DNA of 64,000 bases from an uncultured delta proteobacterium. GTDB taxonomy: Bacteria > Desulfobacterota > Desulfomonilia > Desulfomonilales > Desulfomonilaceae. Under the pieces are notes generated by a model, which worked only from the letters and a program-made list of their open reading frames with translations, ran no database searches and was not told the DNA's origin. Of the stretch, positions 1 through 9,943 are shown piece by piece (the stretch's first letter is position 1; every line of letters starts with the position of its first letter). The stretch is taken from the NCBI GenBank assembly GCA_963789265.1, contig CAWBKB010000001.1:1632001-1696000 (forward strand), given 5' to 3'. The translations under genes were made by a program, and so were the position numbers.

Positions 1-51
1 GTGAGGCATCTTTCTACTCCATTCCTTCGGAGGCCCACTCCGAGAAAATCG

Positions 52-594
52 TTACGGCTCAAAACGATCGCCTTCTTCTGCTTTGACCTTTCTGAAAAAT
101 TCACACATCGCACAGTCCCTCATCTTTTCTGCAAAGGACTCTTGAGGTTTGTTCTCACAAAAAGTTCCAAGTATTTTCCAACAGTACCTGCCGGCGTGAA
201 GGCCCCTGTTTTTGCCCCAGTGGCGCCCTTCCAATGCTGCCGGGCAAACTTTCTTGTCTCCTGTGGCCCAGCCTCCCGGGGCTCGGCCGCAATTAGTTGC
301 TTCCCAGCAATTTAGCATACGCTTGCCGGATTCCAGCGCCCACATCCGCCATTGTGATGCGGAAGTGACATCCACTTCCAATATTTCGGACCATTTGATC
401 CCAAGCTCTCGAAATATTGCTTCGATCACCTCAGCGTGTGAAGCATCCCATTCGCAATACCGGCGGCCGAGCTCCAGGTTGTACAGCGTCATTTGCCAAT
501 CGGCCCGGGGATCTTGTGAAATCTCTGTCCATCTCGATTCCAGGAGCACTCTGTCCAGGTTGGTTTCGTTGTGTATGGTGAGATATTTGGGCAT
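52..594 (-). CDS. DUF4242-like N-terminal domain fused to Cys-rich two-CW domain
   Basis: N-term MPKYL...YCEWDA...I pattern; C-term NCWE..CGR..CPA..GRYCW..GT.C..C..C.F; GGAG upstream of ATG. Confidence 0.65.
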   Translation of the reverse strand: MPKYLTIHNETNLDRVLLESRWTEISQDPRADWQMTLYNLELGRRYCEWDASHAEVIEAIFRELGIKWSEILEVDVTSASQWRMWALESGKRMLNCWEATNCGRAPGGWATGDKKVCPAALEGRHWGKNRGLHAGRYCWKILGTFCENKPQESFAEKMRDCAMCEFFRKVKAEEGDRFEP

Positions 595-817
595 GGCGGT
601 CTCCTCTCTTCGGAGTTTAATGATGATGTTGTTGCGGGAAAGATCTATCCTTGGAGATGAAGTCCACTCAAGGGTTGCAGGTTTGCTCCGGCTTGGTAAA
701 CTGCCACACTATTCAGCATAACCGCCCCTGTGATTCGTTGCAAGGGTTTTTGATGAAATTGCTCAAGATGTCAACGGATCATAGCCGGTGGCTGATTAAG
801 GAGCTTCGTTAAGCCAA

Positions 818-3151
818 ATGACTGATTCACGCACAGGAGCAGCCCGGGTCAGGCAGGTCCTTCAAGAATTCATGCCTCGCGTGGTGCGGGAACTTCTTGA
901 GACCGAGGTCCATCTCGGTACAGATCGACTGTATAGACATGCAGTCGGTTTAGTGGTTGAAACGCTCCTCCCACAGACTCGGCCAGGCAAGAATCCACGG
1001 TTCGCCGCGAGTCCCACCGGGGTACTAGCCGTACTAGAAGAAATTTCCAAAAGAATTGGGACGTTGGACCCGGAAGAAATAGGCGCGGCTTATGAACATC
1101 TGAGCGGCTTCAAAATCGAAACAACAGCCGCTAATTCGTCCCGGCTGGTGCCGAGTGTCCGGAATAGGAGGAACCAGGGGCTTTTTTATACGCCTAAAGC
1201 GATAGTCAGGTACATTGTGGATCAGACGATAGACGCACTGGGCATCAAGGAACCGTCTCATTTTCTCGACCTGAAGATTCTGGATCCGGCGGTGGGTACC
1301 GGCGTATTCCTGGCTGAAGTTCTGGACCAACTCACAGTGCGCATCCTTGCGGCGATGGACAGCGGAGACAAGCTTCTTGACTATAGGGTCAAAGACATAA
1401 GTAAACGATTGCGCGCGAAAGCGAAGGAGCACGGCATCGGGATTGTGCACGACGAGGAGGCGGCGATCAAAATTCACATTGTCAGCGAATGTCTGTACGG
1501 CGTGGATCTTGATCCAATTGCTGTAAGCATTGCCCAAGCGGTTCTGTTGACGCGAGCATTCGGACGGAAACATGTCATGCTCGGAATCGAGCCGCGTGTC
1601 CGAGTGGGAAACGCCCTCATAGGAGAGGTGACCGGTTGTCTACCTTTTTCCTCAAAGGATGCCTGGGAACAGAGCCATGCTGCGGCCTATTACGGGAATG
1701 AGCAGGTCGGTAGCGAGCGTGCACGTGCATGGTCCGAAGAGAAGAGAGTATTTCACTGGTTCGTTGAATTCCCGGAGGTTTTCGATGAGCCACGGGGTGG
1801 TTTCCACGCAGTGGTTGGCAATCCGCCGTACGAGATTCTGTCGGCAAGAGAGTCCGGCTTAGACGAAAGACGCAAAGACCAAGCTTATATCAGGAAAACG
1901 TTTCGCACATGCCAAGGAAAAATCAACACCTACCGTCTCATGCTCGAGCGCGGTCTAACGCTTCTCAGAAAAAAAGGGGCTTTGGGCTTCATTATCCCTG
2001 CAACTCTGCTGGCAGACTCTACCGCAGACAAACTCAGGCGCATGATCGTGGACAATACCACTGTGCTCAGAACCGTGATTGTCCCTGAGAGAGCGCGAGC
2101 CTTCGGAGGAGTCACGCAGGCACTCCTCATCCTCGTCACCCGTAACGGTGGCGGGACTCGCTGGATTGAGCCCATTTTCTGGGAGGGGAGGGGGCCGATT
2201 CCAACGAGGGGCCGAATAGAGGTCACAAGGGACCTGATCGAGCAAACAGGATTCAGGATTCCATCCATAAAGAGTCATGAAGAGTTGTCGTTCCTCAAGG
2301 CACTATTACGACACCCCCCGTTTGGAGGAAACATGGACGTTCCTCCTGTGGGGCGAGTGCATCAGGGCGAAATCAACCTCACTATCCATCGCGAATTTAT
2401 AACCGCCGCCCGGACAGAGCATCCGTTAATACGAGGAGAACACATCGTGCCGTTACGCGTGAATCATCCATGCCCCGGCGGCCGCAGACTCGATTGGGTC
2501 TCCCCTGATTTTCTCGAGTGGTACGCAGGTCGAAAGAGGTCTTCCGAGGGCGGCCAGTCCTCAAGCATGACGATACGATCTTGCCGATTCAGAGGGACCC
2601 CATGGGAGCAAGACCGGATCGCAATCGGCCGTGTCGTAAATATGGACACGGATCGACGGCTCAAGGCTGCCATTGCACCTGCCGGCGTGTTTCTTGGAGA
2701 CATGACGAATTTTATTTCAGAGATGTCCGTGCCTATTCGCTATTTGCTGGGCCTCCTCAATTCGAGGGTTTTGAACCGGCGCATTAAGCTTACAAGCACC
2801 AATAACTATCTGTCAGCAGCGGAAATCGAGGCATTGCCGATACCGCGAGTTCCTGGCGAGGTTTCTTCGGCTATCGCAAAATACTCTGAAGAAAAGTTCA
2901 CGCAGTTGCTGATCGATCCGGCTGATTCCATACCGGATTGGCTGGTAAGACTGGAGCGACTGTCCGATCCACCGGGAGCGAATGAAGGCTGTCTCTATGT
3001 TTCCAGAATGATCGAATTAGTTGTGCAGGCCATAGAAGCACTTGCCTCGAATCCGGCCGAGGGACAAGATCAAACGGGGTCATTATGGCACCTGCTCGAC
3101 GCCTTGGTCCTGAGACTTTACGGGGTTGAATCTCACGTCGAGATTATGTGA
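818..3151 (+). CDS. N6-adenine DNA methyltransferase (Eco57I/TaqI-like)
   Basis: GLFYTP, motif I LDPAVGTGVFL, LYGVDLDP, motif IV GNPPY, C-terminal YLLGLLNS..LPIP. Confidence 0.85.
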   Translation: MTDSRTGAARVRQVLQEFMPRVVRELLETEVHLGTDRLYRHAVGLVVETLLPQTRPGKNPRFAASPTGVLAVLEEISKRIGTLDPEEIGAAYEHLSGFKIETTAANSSRLVPSVRNRRNQGLFYTPKAIVRYIVDQTIDALGIKEPSHFLDLKILDPAVGTGVFLAEVLDQLTVRILAAMDSGDKLLDYRVKDISKRLRAKAKEHGIGIVHDEEAAIKIHIVSECLYGVDLDPIAVSIAQAVLLTRAFGRKHVMLGIEPRVRVGNALIGEVTGCLPFSSKDAWEQSHAAAYYGNEQVGSERARAWSEEKRVFHWFVEFPEVFDEPRGGFHAVVGNPPYEILSARESGLDERRKDQAYIRKTFRTCQGKINTYRLMLERGLTLLRKKGALGFIIPATLLADSTADKLRRMIVDNTTVLRTVIVPERARAFGGVTQALLILVTRNGGGTRWIEPIFWEGRGPIPTRGRIEVTRDLIEQTGFRIPSIKSHEELSFLKALLRHPPFGGNMDVPPVGRVHQGEINLTIHREFITAARTEHPLIRGEHIVPLRVNHPCPGGRRLDWVSPDFLEWYAGRKRSSEGGQSSSMTIRSCRFRGTPWEQDRIAIGRVVNMDTDRRLKAAIAPAGVFLGDMTNFISEMSVPIRYLLGLLNSRVLNRRIKLTSTNNYLSAAEIEALPIPRVPGEVSSAIAKYSEEKFTQLLIDPADSIPDWLVRLERLSDPPGANEGCLYVSRMIELVVQAIEALASNPAEGQDQTGSLWHLLDALVLRLYGVESHVEIM

Positions 3152-3164
3152 ACTGCTGAGCCGA

Positions 3165-3601
3165 ACACCAATTCGTTTTCAAACAAGTGACACCGAGTTT
3201 CTGTAAGGACAGTCCCGCACACGCACATTCGCGTTAAGTTAAGGCAATTTCGTTCCTTTTCGGGAGGTCCATGCAGGCCGAGGGCGATCAAAGTCCCCCT
3301 TTTCTAAAGGGGGATTGAGGGGGATTTTCAAGTAGTTATCCTAAAATCCCCCCTGGCCCCCTTTACGAAAGGGGGGAACCCCGCGTCTCGCAGGGTTAAA
3401 TTAACACCTATGCGCCCAGCGGGATTGCCGGTCGTTGTGACCGCGTACGCGGGCATCCAGTAGGACCGGCCTCTGTGCCGGTTGTTCGCGAATCGCCGGC
3501 AGGGACGCCGGCGCTACCCGGGTCGGCGTCCGGGGTGACCCCGCGGAACGCTCCACCATATCCTGTCTTGGATTGTTACTTGTTTGACGGCGCATTGGAA
3601 T
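3165..3601. mobile_element. Composite miniature element with imperfect ~25-bp terminal IRs; inverted homolog at 41984-42424
   Basis: Left ACACCAATTCGTTTTCAAACAAGTGACA, right TGTTACTTGTTTGACGGCGCATTGGAAT; internal segments match the reverse complement of 41984-42424. Confidence 0.7.
3226..3412. mobile_element. IS4-type MITE, copy 1
   Basis: Ends CATTCGCGTTAAGTTAA / TTAAATTAACACCTATG; near-identical to 54272-54461. Confidence 0.8.
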
Positions 3602-3671
3602 CGGCCCTCAGGGGAATTGGCAGTTCATTGCTATCCGCGACAATTTTTTTGAAGTTCCGCTGTCTTTAGTC

Positions 3672-3700
3672 TTGCATTCTGTAACAATTATGAACAAAAT
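3672..3700 (+). promoter_or_regulatory. Putative sigma70 promoter of the rpsB operon
   Basis: TTGCAT-17 bp-CAAAAT directly upstream of the rpsB leader. Confidence 0.5.
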
Positions 3701-3706
3701 AAGCGG

Positions 3707-3790
3707 TTAACTCACACATCCCGTCTAGTCGGGTCGTCCCCGAAAGGGTGACGTCACCAGGGATGGAGGATAAACCCGAAAAGGAGACGT
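3707..3790 (+). ncRNA. rpsB 5' leader (t44/S2-leader-like RNA)
   Basis: CACACATCCC...GGGATGGAGGATAAACCC layout; CATCCC/GGGATG stem plus internal GAAA-loop hairpin; typical position. Confidence 0.65.
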
Positions 3791-3793
3791 CAA

Positions 3794-4693
3794 TTGTCGC
3801 TCATCACCATGAAGCAATTGCTGGAAGCGGGGGTGCACTTCGGCCATCAGACGCGGCGCTGGAACCCCAAAATGAAACCCTACATTTTTGGAGCGCGCAA
3901 CGGAATCTATATCATAGATCTACAGAAAACCGTCAGGCTCTTCAAAAGAGCCTACACATTTGTGCAGGACACTGTGGCAGCAGGCGGAGGAGTTCTCTTT
4001 GTGGGGACCAAGAAACAAGCTCAAGACGCGGTCTATGAAGAAGCGGCCCGCTGCGACCAGTATTACGTCAACCAACGGTGGCTTGGCGGCATGCTCACAA
4101 ATTTCAGCACGATAAAACAGAGCATCGAAAGGCTCAATCAGATCGGTGCCATACTCGATAAACCGGAAGAAACCAATTTCACGAAGAAGGAACTGGTCAA
4201 CCTGAGCCGTCAGTACGACAAGCTCAACAAGAACCTGTCCGGAATCAGAGACATGAAAAAACCCCCCTCAACCCTCTTCATCGTGGACCCCAAGAAAGAG
4301 AATATAGCGGTTAAGGAAGCCAAGAAACTGGGCATACCCATTGTGGCCATAGTCGACTCCAATTGCGATCCCGACGAAATCGATTACGTGATCCCGGGTA
4401 ATGATGACGCCATCCGGGCCATTCGGTTGTTCGCAGCGAAGATAGCCGACGCCTGTCTCGAAGGAAAATCCATGTTCGAAGCCTCGCTCAAAGAAGATCT
4501 GGGAGAAGCCGAAGTTGCAGCCTGGAAGAAAGCCGAGCCGGGAGAGGGAGTTGAAGAAGAGATCGCGGCGGGTGAGCCCACTGAAGACCACGCGGTCGAA
4601 ACTGCCGGTACGGCTCCTCAGGAACAAAGTGCGGAGAGCGGAGAGTCAGTGGAGGAAGGTTCGGAACAAGATCGCGCCGAACTTCCGGCATAA
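3794..4693 (+). CDS. rpsB: 30S ribosomal protein S2
   Basis: [30 protein letters not shown] start after AAGGAG. Confidence 0.98.
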   Translation: MSLITMKQLLEAGVHFGHQTRRWNPKMKPYIFGARNGIYIIDLQKTVRLFKRAYTFVQDTVAAGGGVLFVGTKKQAQDAVYEEAARCDQYYVNQRWLGGMLTNFSTIKQSIERLNQIGAILDKPEETNFTKKELVNLSRQYDKLNKNLSGIRDMKKPPSTLFIVDPKKENIAVKEAKKLGIPIVAIVDSNCDPDEIDYVIPGNDDAIRAIRLFAAKIADACLEGKSMFEASLKEDLGEAEVAAWKKAEPGEGVEEEIAAGEPTEDHAVETAGTAPQEQSAESGESVEEGSEQDRAELPA

Positions 4694-4845
4694 GAATGCC
4701 CGTGGTGTTGTTCCCGGCTCTTAGGTCGGTACAATGCTGCCGACATCTCGCCCCACGGAAGTTCAAATCTAACGTGACACCCACACCCACCCTGGTGGGG
4801 ACAAGTTTCAGCATGAATCAGTGAATGGATCGAGGAGATAACCTT

Positions 4846-5439
4846 ATGGAAATAAGCGCGAAAATGGTGAAAGATCTCAGAGAGAAGACCGGCCTTGGCA
4901 TGATGGACTGTAAGAAAGCCCTGGTAGAATCACAGGGAGACCCGGACAAGGCAGTAGAATATCTCCGCAAGAAGGGGACCTTGAAGGCTGCCACGAGAGA
5001 AGGCCGTGCCACTTCCGAGGGGCGTATAGGCTCTTACATTCACATGAATGGAAAAATCGGCGTGCTTGTGGAGCTGAATTGCGAGAGTGACTTCGTGGCG
5101 AAGACAGACCAATTCGGCGAGTTGGTGAAAGATTTGTGCATGCATGTGGCGGCCAGCGCTCCGCGCTGGATTTCGTCCGACGACGTCCCGGAAGAAGTGA
5201 TCGCGAAAGAGAAGGAAATCTATATGAGCCAGGCCAAAGAAGCCGGCAAGCCGGACAAGATGATCGAGAAAATCGCGGACGGAAAGCTGAAGAAATTCTA
5301 TTCAGAGGTTTGTTTGCTGGAACAGAGTTTCGTCAAGGACACCGACAAGTCCGTGGCAGACCTGATTAAGGAAAAGGTTGCGCAACTGGGAGAAAACATC
5401 ACTGTCGGCCGTTTCTGCCGTTTTGAGTTAGGCCGGTAA
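4846..5439 (+). CDS. tsf: Elongation factor Ts (short form)
   Basis: VKDLREKTGLGMMDCKKAL, NCESDFVA; RBS GAGGAG. Confidence 0.97.
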   Translation: MEISAKMVKDLREKTGLGMMDCKKALVESQGDPDKAVEYLRKKGTLKAATREGRATSEGRIGSYIHMNGKIGVLVELNCESDFVAKTDQFGELVKDLCMHVAASAPRWISSDDVPEEVIAKEKEIYMSQAKEAGKPDKMIEKIADGKLKKFYSEVCLLEQSFVKDTDKSVADLIKEKVAQLGENITVGRFCRFELGR

Positions 5440-5443
5440 TTGC

Positions 5444-6160
5444 ATGGGGGCCTCAAAAGCATACGGCCGAGCGTTGCTAAAGATATCGGGCGAAGCTCTC
5501 GGTGGCGAGCGCGGCCACGGTCTTGATTCTACGAAGGTATCCTGGATCGCGGTTCAGATTGCTCAAGCCCGTCAGCACGGACACGAACTGGGAGTGGTAG
5601 TCGGGGGCGGAAATTTTCTCCGGGGTTCCGATGCCGCTTCTATAGGGGTTCCGTCACTGGTAGGCGATCAAATGGGAATGGTCGCAACATGCCTGAACGC
5701 TATTGCACTTCGCTGGGCGCTTGAGACCACAGGCGTACGCTCCAGGACCATGTCAGCCTTCCCGGTGGGATCCTTCATTGAACCCTTTCAGCAAGAGCGG
5801 GCCACCGAATATATTCAGCGTGGAGAGGTTGTGATTTTTGCCGGCGGCACCGGCAACCCGTGCTTTACGACCGATTCGGCCGCGGCCCTCCGGGCCGTGG
5901 AAATAGACGCCAAAGTGTTGATCAAGGCGACGCAGGTTCGAGGGGTTTTCGACAAGGACCCCAAGAAGCATCCTGATGCAGCCTTTCTTGAATCCATAAC
6001 TCCTCAGGAGGTTCTGGACAGAAGGTTATCGGTAATCGATGCAGCCTGCATTGAAATCCTGGCCAGGAGAGGCATTCCTGCAATCGTCCTGAACTTGCAT
6101 GAGGAAGGGAACATACTTAAGGCCCTCTCCGGCGAAAAAGTCGGAACCATCATAGTCTGA
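5444..6160 (+). CDS. pyrH: UMP kinase
   Basis: LLKISGEAL, GGGNF.RG, GTGNP.FTTDSAAALRA. Confidence 0.96.
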   Translation: MGASKAYGRALLKISGEALGGERGHGLDSTKVSWIAVQIAQARQHGHELGVVVGGGNFLRGSDAASIGVPSLVGDQMGMVATCLNAIALRWALETTGVRSRTMSAFPVGSFIEPFQQERATEYIQRGEVVIFAGGTGNPCFTTDSAAALRAVEIDAKVLIKATQVRGVFDKDPKKHPDAAFLESITPQEVLDRRLSVIDAACIEILARRGIPAIVLNLHEEGNILKALSGEKVGTIIV

Positions 6161-6285
6161 GATGAAAGACGCAGGGATTCAGATCATTTCGCTTTCATAC
6201 ACTAATGTGGCCGGCACAGAGGCCCGCCTGTGCGACCTGGTAGCGCCGCGTCCAGGCCGGCCAATATGGCTTGCGAGAGGAAACC

Positions 6286-6843
6286 ATGATCGACGATCTG
6301 CACTCTGAAACCAAAGCCGCCATGGAAAAGTCGATAGAGGCCCTTCAGAGGGATCTCAGGCGGATTCGTACAGGACGGGCATCACTGGCCCTGCTGGACG
6401 GCATTATGGTGAATTACTACGGAAGCCCCACTCCGATAGATCAATTAGCCACCTTGTCCATCCCCGAGGCACGACAGATAGTGATACAGCCGTGGGATTC
6501 TAATGCCGTTCCCGACATCGAGAAAGCCATCCTTAAATCCGAACTCGGCCTGACGCCCATGAACGACGGCAAGGTTGTTCGCATTGTGTTGCCCCCTCTC
6601 ACTGCGGAGAGACGCAAGGGTTTGGTCAAGATCGTCAAGAAAATGGGAGAGGAATTCAAGGTACAGGTTCGCAATCATCGACGTGACGCTAACGAAATGC
6701 TCAAAGAGATGAAGAAGGGGAAAGATATTTCGGAGGACGATCTCCACAAAGCCCAGGAACGCGTGCAGAAGACCACGGACGACGCCATAGCAAAGCTTGA
6801 TGTTATAGTATCGGAAAAAGAAAGCGAGATCATGGAGATTTAG
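6286..6843 (+). CDS. frr: Ribosome recycling factor
   Basis: IRTGRAS, LGLTPMNDG, PPLTAERR. Confidence 0.97.
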   Translation: MIDDLHSETKAAMEKSIEALQRDLRRIRTGRASLALLDGIMVNYYGSPTPIDQLATLSIPEARQIVIQPWDSNAVPDIEKAILKSELGLTPMNDGKVVRIVLPPLTAERRKGLVKIVKKMGEEFKVQVRNHRRDANEMLKEMKKGKDISEDDLHKAQERVQKTTDDAIAKLDVIVSEKESEIMEI

Positions 6844-6873
6844 CCCATTTGGCCCTAGCCCCTTGCACCGGTT

Positions 6874-7701
6874 TTGGCCGCAACCGAAAATCTTCATCCG
6901 GCGCATCCGACGGATCCGAGCTTGCGTTCTTCTCAGGAGAACTTCTTGACCCCACCTGTAGATCCAGTCTCCAACTTTCCCCGCCACGTTGCAATTGTCA
7001 TGGACGGCAACGGCAGATGGGCCCGACGCCGTTTGTTGCCGCGCCTGGAAGGTCACCGGCAGGGGGCCAAGTCTGTCAGGCGAGTGGTCGAATTCTGTCG
7101 GCGGAACGGTATACAGTATCTCACGCTCTATGCGTTCTCTACTGAGAACTGGCAGCGGCCCAGGACCGAGGTCTCCGGCCTAATGAGGCTCCTTTCACAG
7201 TTCGTGGATTCCGAACTGGAAGAAATCCTCGCCAACGATATTCAATTTAAGACCATAGGCCAACTGAACCGCCTCCCCGCTTCCTTGGTCGCGAAAATCG
7301 AAGCGGCCAAGACAAAGACAATCAACAATAAGTCCATGGTTCTCACCATAGCGCTTTCTTACGGCGGCAGGCAGGATATACTGAACGCGGCCCTCAAGGT
7401 CGCACGTGCGATTCGGTCCGGAAGCCTGCAGGAAGCAGACGTAACCGAGCAGGAATTCGCACGACATCTGGATACGGCAAATATCCCCGATCCGGATCTC
7501 CTCATAAGGACCGGAGGCGAGGTCCGCATTAGTAACTTTCTCCTGTGGCAAGCGGCTTACGCGGAATTATACTTTACACCTGTGCTTTGGCCGGATTTTG
7601 ACGATCAAGCTTTCATGCAAGCCGTAGATGCCTTCCGATCGAGGCAACGGAGATTCGGGATGATCTCCGAACAAATCGAGACGGCCCAAGAGGTCTCCTG
7701 A
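6874..7701 (+). CDS. uppS: Undecaprenyl diphosphate synthase (start uncertain)
   Basis: HVAIVMDGNGRWA, YAFSTENW.R, DLLIRTGGE.RISNFLLWQ. Confidence 0.95.
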   Translation: MAATENLHPAHPTDPSLRSSQENFLTPPVDPVSNFPRHVAIVMDGNGRWARRRLLPRLEGHRQGAKSVRRVVEFCRRNGIQYLTLYAFSTENWQRPRTEVSGLMRLLSQFVDSELEEILANDIQFKTIGQLNRLPASLVAKIEAAKTKTINNKSMVLTIALSYGGRQDILNAALKVARAIRSGSLQEADVTEQEFARHLDTANIPDPDLLIRTGGEVRISNFLLWQAAYAELYFTPVLWPDFDDQAFMQAVDAFRSRQRRFGMISEQIETAQEVS

Positions 7702-8513
7702 TGCTGCTGACGCGCATCGTAACGGCCGCAGTGGCAATTGCTGTTCTTGTGCCTGTTCTGATATGGGGTAGGGTGGAAGGCGTTGCCGTGCTCGTCGCTT
7801 TGTTTTCCGGCGTCGCAGTGTGGGAGCTTGCGCGTAACTTTCCCGGCATAAAGGGATTCCCGCGGCAACAACTGACCTTGGTGCTGGGGCTTGCGATTGT
7901 GGCGGCCTTCTACTTTTTGCCTTACAAAGGAGTGCCCGCGGTCCTCGCCTGGTTCCCGCTCGTTGTGATCGTGCTGCACTTGCTCTTATACAATGTGATT
8001 GAAAATACCGTGGAGTCCACAGGCCAGATGATTTTCGCTCCGGCGTATGCCGCGATTCCTCTGGGTCATGCCATTCTCTTGGCTCGTTTGGAGACGGGCA
8101 TCTCGTGGGTATTCTTCGTTCTCGTGGTAATTTGTCTCGGGGATGCAGGAGCATATTTCACGGGCAAGCATTTGGGAAAACACCGTTTCTCGGCCAAGGT
8201 GAGCCCCTCCAAGACCATCGAGGGACTCGTAGGCGGCGTTGCGGGAAACTTCGTCGGCATGCTCTTGATGAAGCTTATTAATCCCGACTTACAGTCCTTT
8301 CGGGTCCTGATCGAATTAACCGTGCTGTTGGCTATTGCCGGCCCCCTCGGAGACCTCTGCGCTTCCGCAATCAAGAGGCGGCTGGCTATCAAGGATTTCG
8401 GGGCACTGCTGCCGGGACACGGCGGGGTGATGGACCGGGCGGACAGCCTCATTTTTGCGTTTCCCACGGCTTTTTACTTTCTCATTCTTTCCGGTCTTGC
8501 AATACTCCGATGA
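7701..8513 (+). CDS. cdsA: Phosphatidate cytidylyltransferase
   Basis: Hydrophobic; SPSKTIEG, GDL..SAIKR, KDFG..LPGHGGVMDR.DS. Confidence 0.93.
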   Translation: MLLTRIVTAAVAIAVLVPVLIWGRVEGVAVLVALFSGVAVWELARNFPGIKGFPRQQLTLVLGLAIVAAFYFLPYKGVPAVLAWFPLVVIVLHLLLYNVIENTVESTGQMIFAPAYAAIPLGHAILLARLETGISWVFFVLVVICLGDAGAYFTGKHLGKHRFSAKVSPSKTIEGLVGGVAGNFVGMLLMKLINPDLQSFRVLIELTVLLAIAGPLGDLCASAIKRRLAIKDFGALLPGHGGVMDRADSLIFAFPTAFYFLILSGLAILR

Positions 8514-9673
8514 AAGGCTTATCCGTCCTCGGTTCCACCGGTTCCATTGGAATTCAAACCCTTGAAGTAGTGCGTCGCCACCCTGAATTGTTCAAGATTT
8601 CCGCGCTTGCCGGTGGGGGCAACGTCGATCTCTTGCAACAGCAGGTGAGGGAGTTTCGCCCATCTATCGTGGCATGTGGAACCGAGTCCGCGGCCCGAGA
8701 ATTAAGGCAACTGTTGAACGATTACTCCTATTCGCTCTGGATCGGACATTCTCTCGGCGGCCTTGAGAAAGCAGCCACAGCGACGGATGCCGATCTCGTA
8801 GTTGGCGGACTTCCCGGCAGCATTGGTTTGAAGCCCACATTTGCCGCAGTCGACGCGGGCAAAGACGTGGCTCTCGCGACCAAGGAAGTGCTCGTAATGG
8901 CGGGCAGGCTTTTCATGGACACGGTTCGCAAGCGCGGAGTGAATCTTCTGCCGGTGGATTCGGAGCAATCGGCCATATATCAGTGCCTCAGAGGAAATGC
9001 CGGTGCAGAGATCAAAAGGATTATTCTAACCGCGTCCGGAGGCCCGTTTCGGGATTTACCCGCGTCGGATATGGACAGAGTCACGAGAGAACAGGCGCTT
9101 CGTCACCCACGCTGGAAGATGGGGCCCAAGGTCACTATCGATTCAGCGACCCTTATGAATAAAGGGTTGGAAGTGATAGAAGCCCGGTGGCTCTTTGATG
9201 TGCCCGCGTCTAAGATAGAAGTGGTAATCCATCCGCAAAGCATTGTGCATTCCATGTTGGAGTTTGCGGACGGCTCGATCCTGGCTCAACTGGGCGCCAC
9301 GAACATGAGGATCCCCATAAGTTATGCTCTTGCCTTTCCGGAGCGCATTTCTTCCGGTACGCAGCCTGTGAGCTTCCCCAGACTCGGCTCGCTGACATTC
9401 CAGGAACCGGACATGGACAAGTTTCCGCTCCTGAGGGCTGCCTATCAAGCGTTGGAAGATGGTGGAGCAAGTGCGCCGATAATCCTCAACGCCGCGGATG
9501 AGGTCGCAGTCGAACTATTTCTGGCAGATAAAATCTCGTTCACCCACATATCCAGGATAGTACTCGAGTCGCTGGATACTATACCGTCGCAGAACGTAGA
9601 AACGCTCGAGGAGATCATGCAATTCCACCAGGAGGTGGTCGGTCGGGTCCGCAGCCGATGGGAATCGCACTAA
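8510..9673 (+). CDS. dxr: 1-deoxy-D-xylulose 5-phosphate reductoisomerase
   Basis: LGSTGSIG, PVDSE, LTASGGPF, HP.W.MG.KVTIDSATLMNKGLE. Confidence 0.96.
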   Translation: MKGLSVLGSTGSIGIQTLEVVRRHPELFKISALAGGGNVDLLQQQVREFRPSIVACGTESAARELRQLLNDYSYSLWIGHSLGGLEKAATATDADLVVGGLPGSIGLKPTFAAVDAGKDVALATKEVLVMAGRLFMDTVRKRGVNLLPVDSEQSAIYQCLRGNAGAEIKRIILTASGGPFRDLPASDMDRVTREQALRHPRWKMGPKVTIDSATLMNKGLEVIEARWLFDVPASKIEVVIHPQSIVHSMLEFADGSILAQLGATNMRIPISYALAFPERISSGTQPVSFPRLGSLTFQEPDMDKFPLLRAAYQALEDGGASAPIILNAADEVAVELFLADKISFTHISRIVLESLDTIPSQNVETLEEIMQFHQEVVGRVRSRWESH

Positions 9674-9943
9674 CACCAGTTCGCAATCAAGCAATGAAAA
9701 TCAGATGAATGCGGCACAAACCTGACGAGCTGCCAGCGAGGCGCTCATAGGCGTTAAGTTAACGATTTATTCCCCTCTTTCGTAAAGGGGGGCCAGGGGG
9801 GATTATGGGATATCTCATTGAAAATCCCCCTAAATCCCCCTTTAGAAAAGGCGATATTATACTTGCCAAACCCAGAAAGGGGGAGTAAGATGATACTAGC
9901 TTTTCAACCTTGCTTCTGCAACTCCCCTTTTTCTGGAGGCCCC

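Noticed and set aside
3215..3423. TSD for MITE copy 1
   Set aside because: Flanks CCGCACACGCA and CGCCCAGCGGG do not match convincingly
9818..9943. Longer start for the HEPN ORF (MKIPLNPPLEK...)
   Set aside because: Begins in the MITE outside IRL; ATG 9944 has a GGAGG RBS
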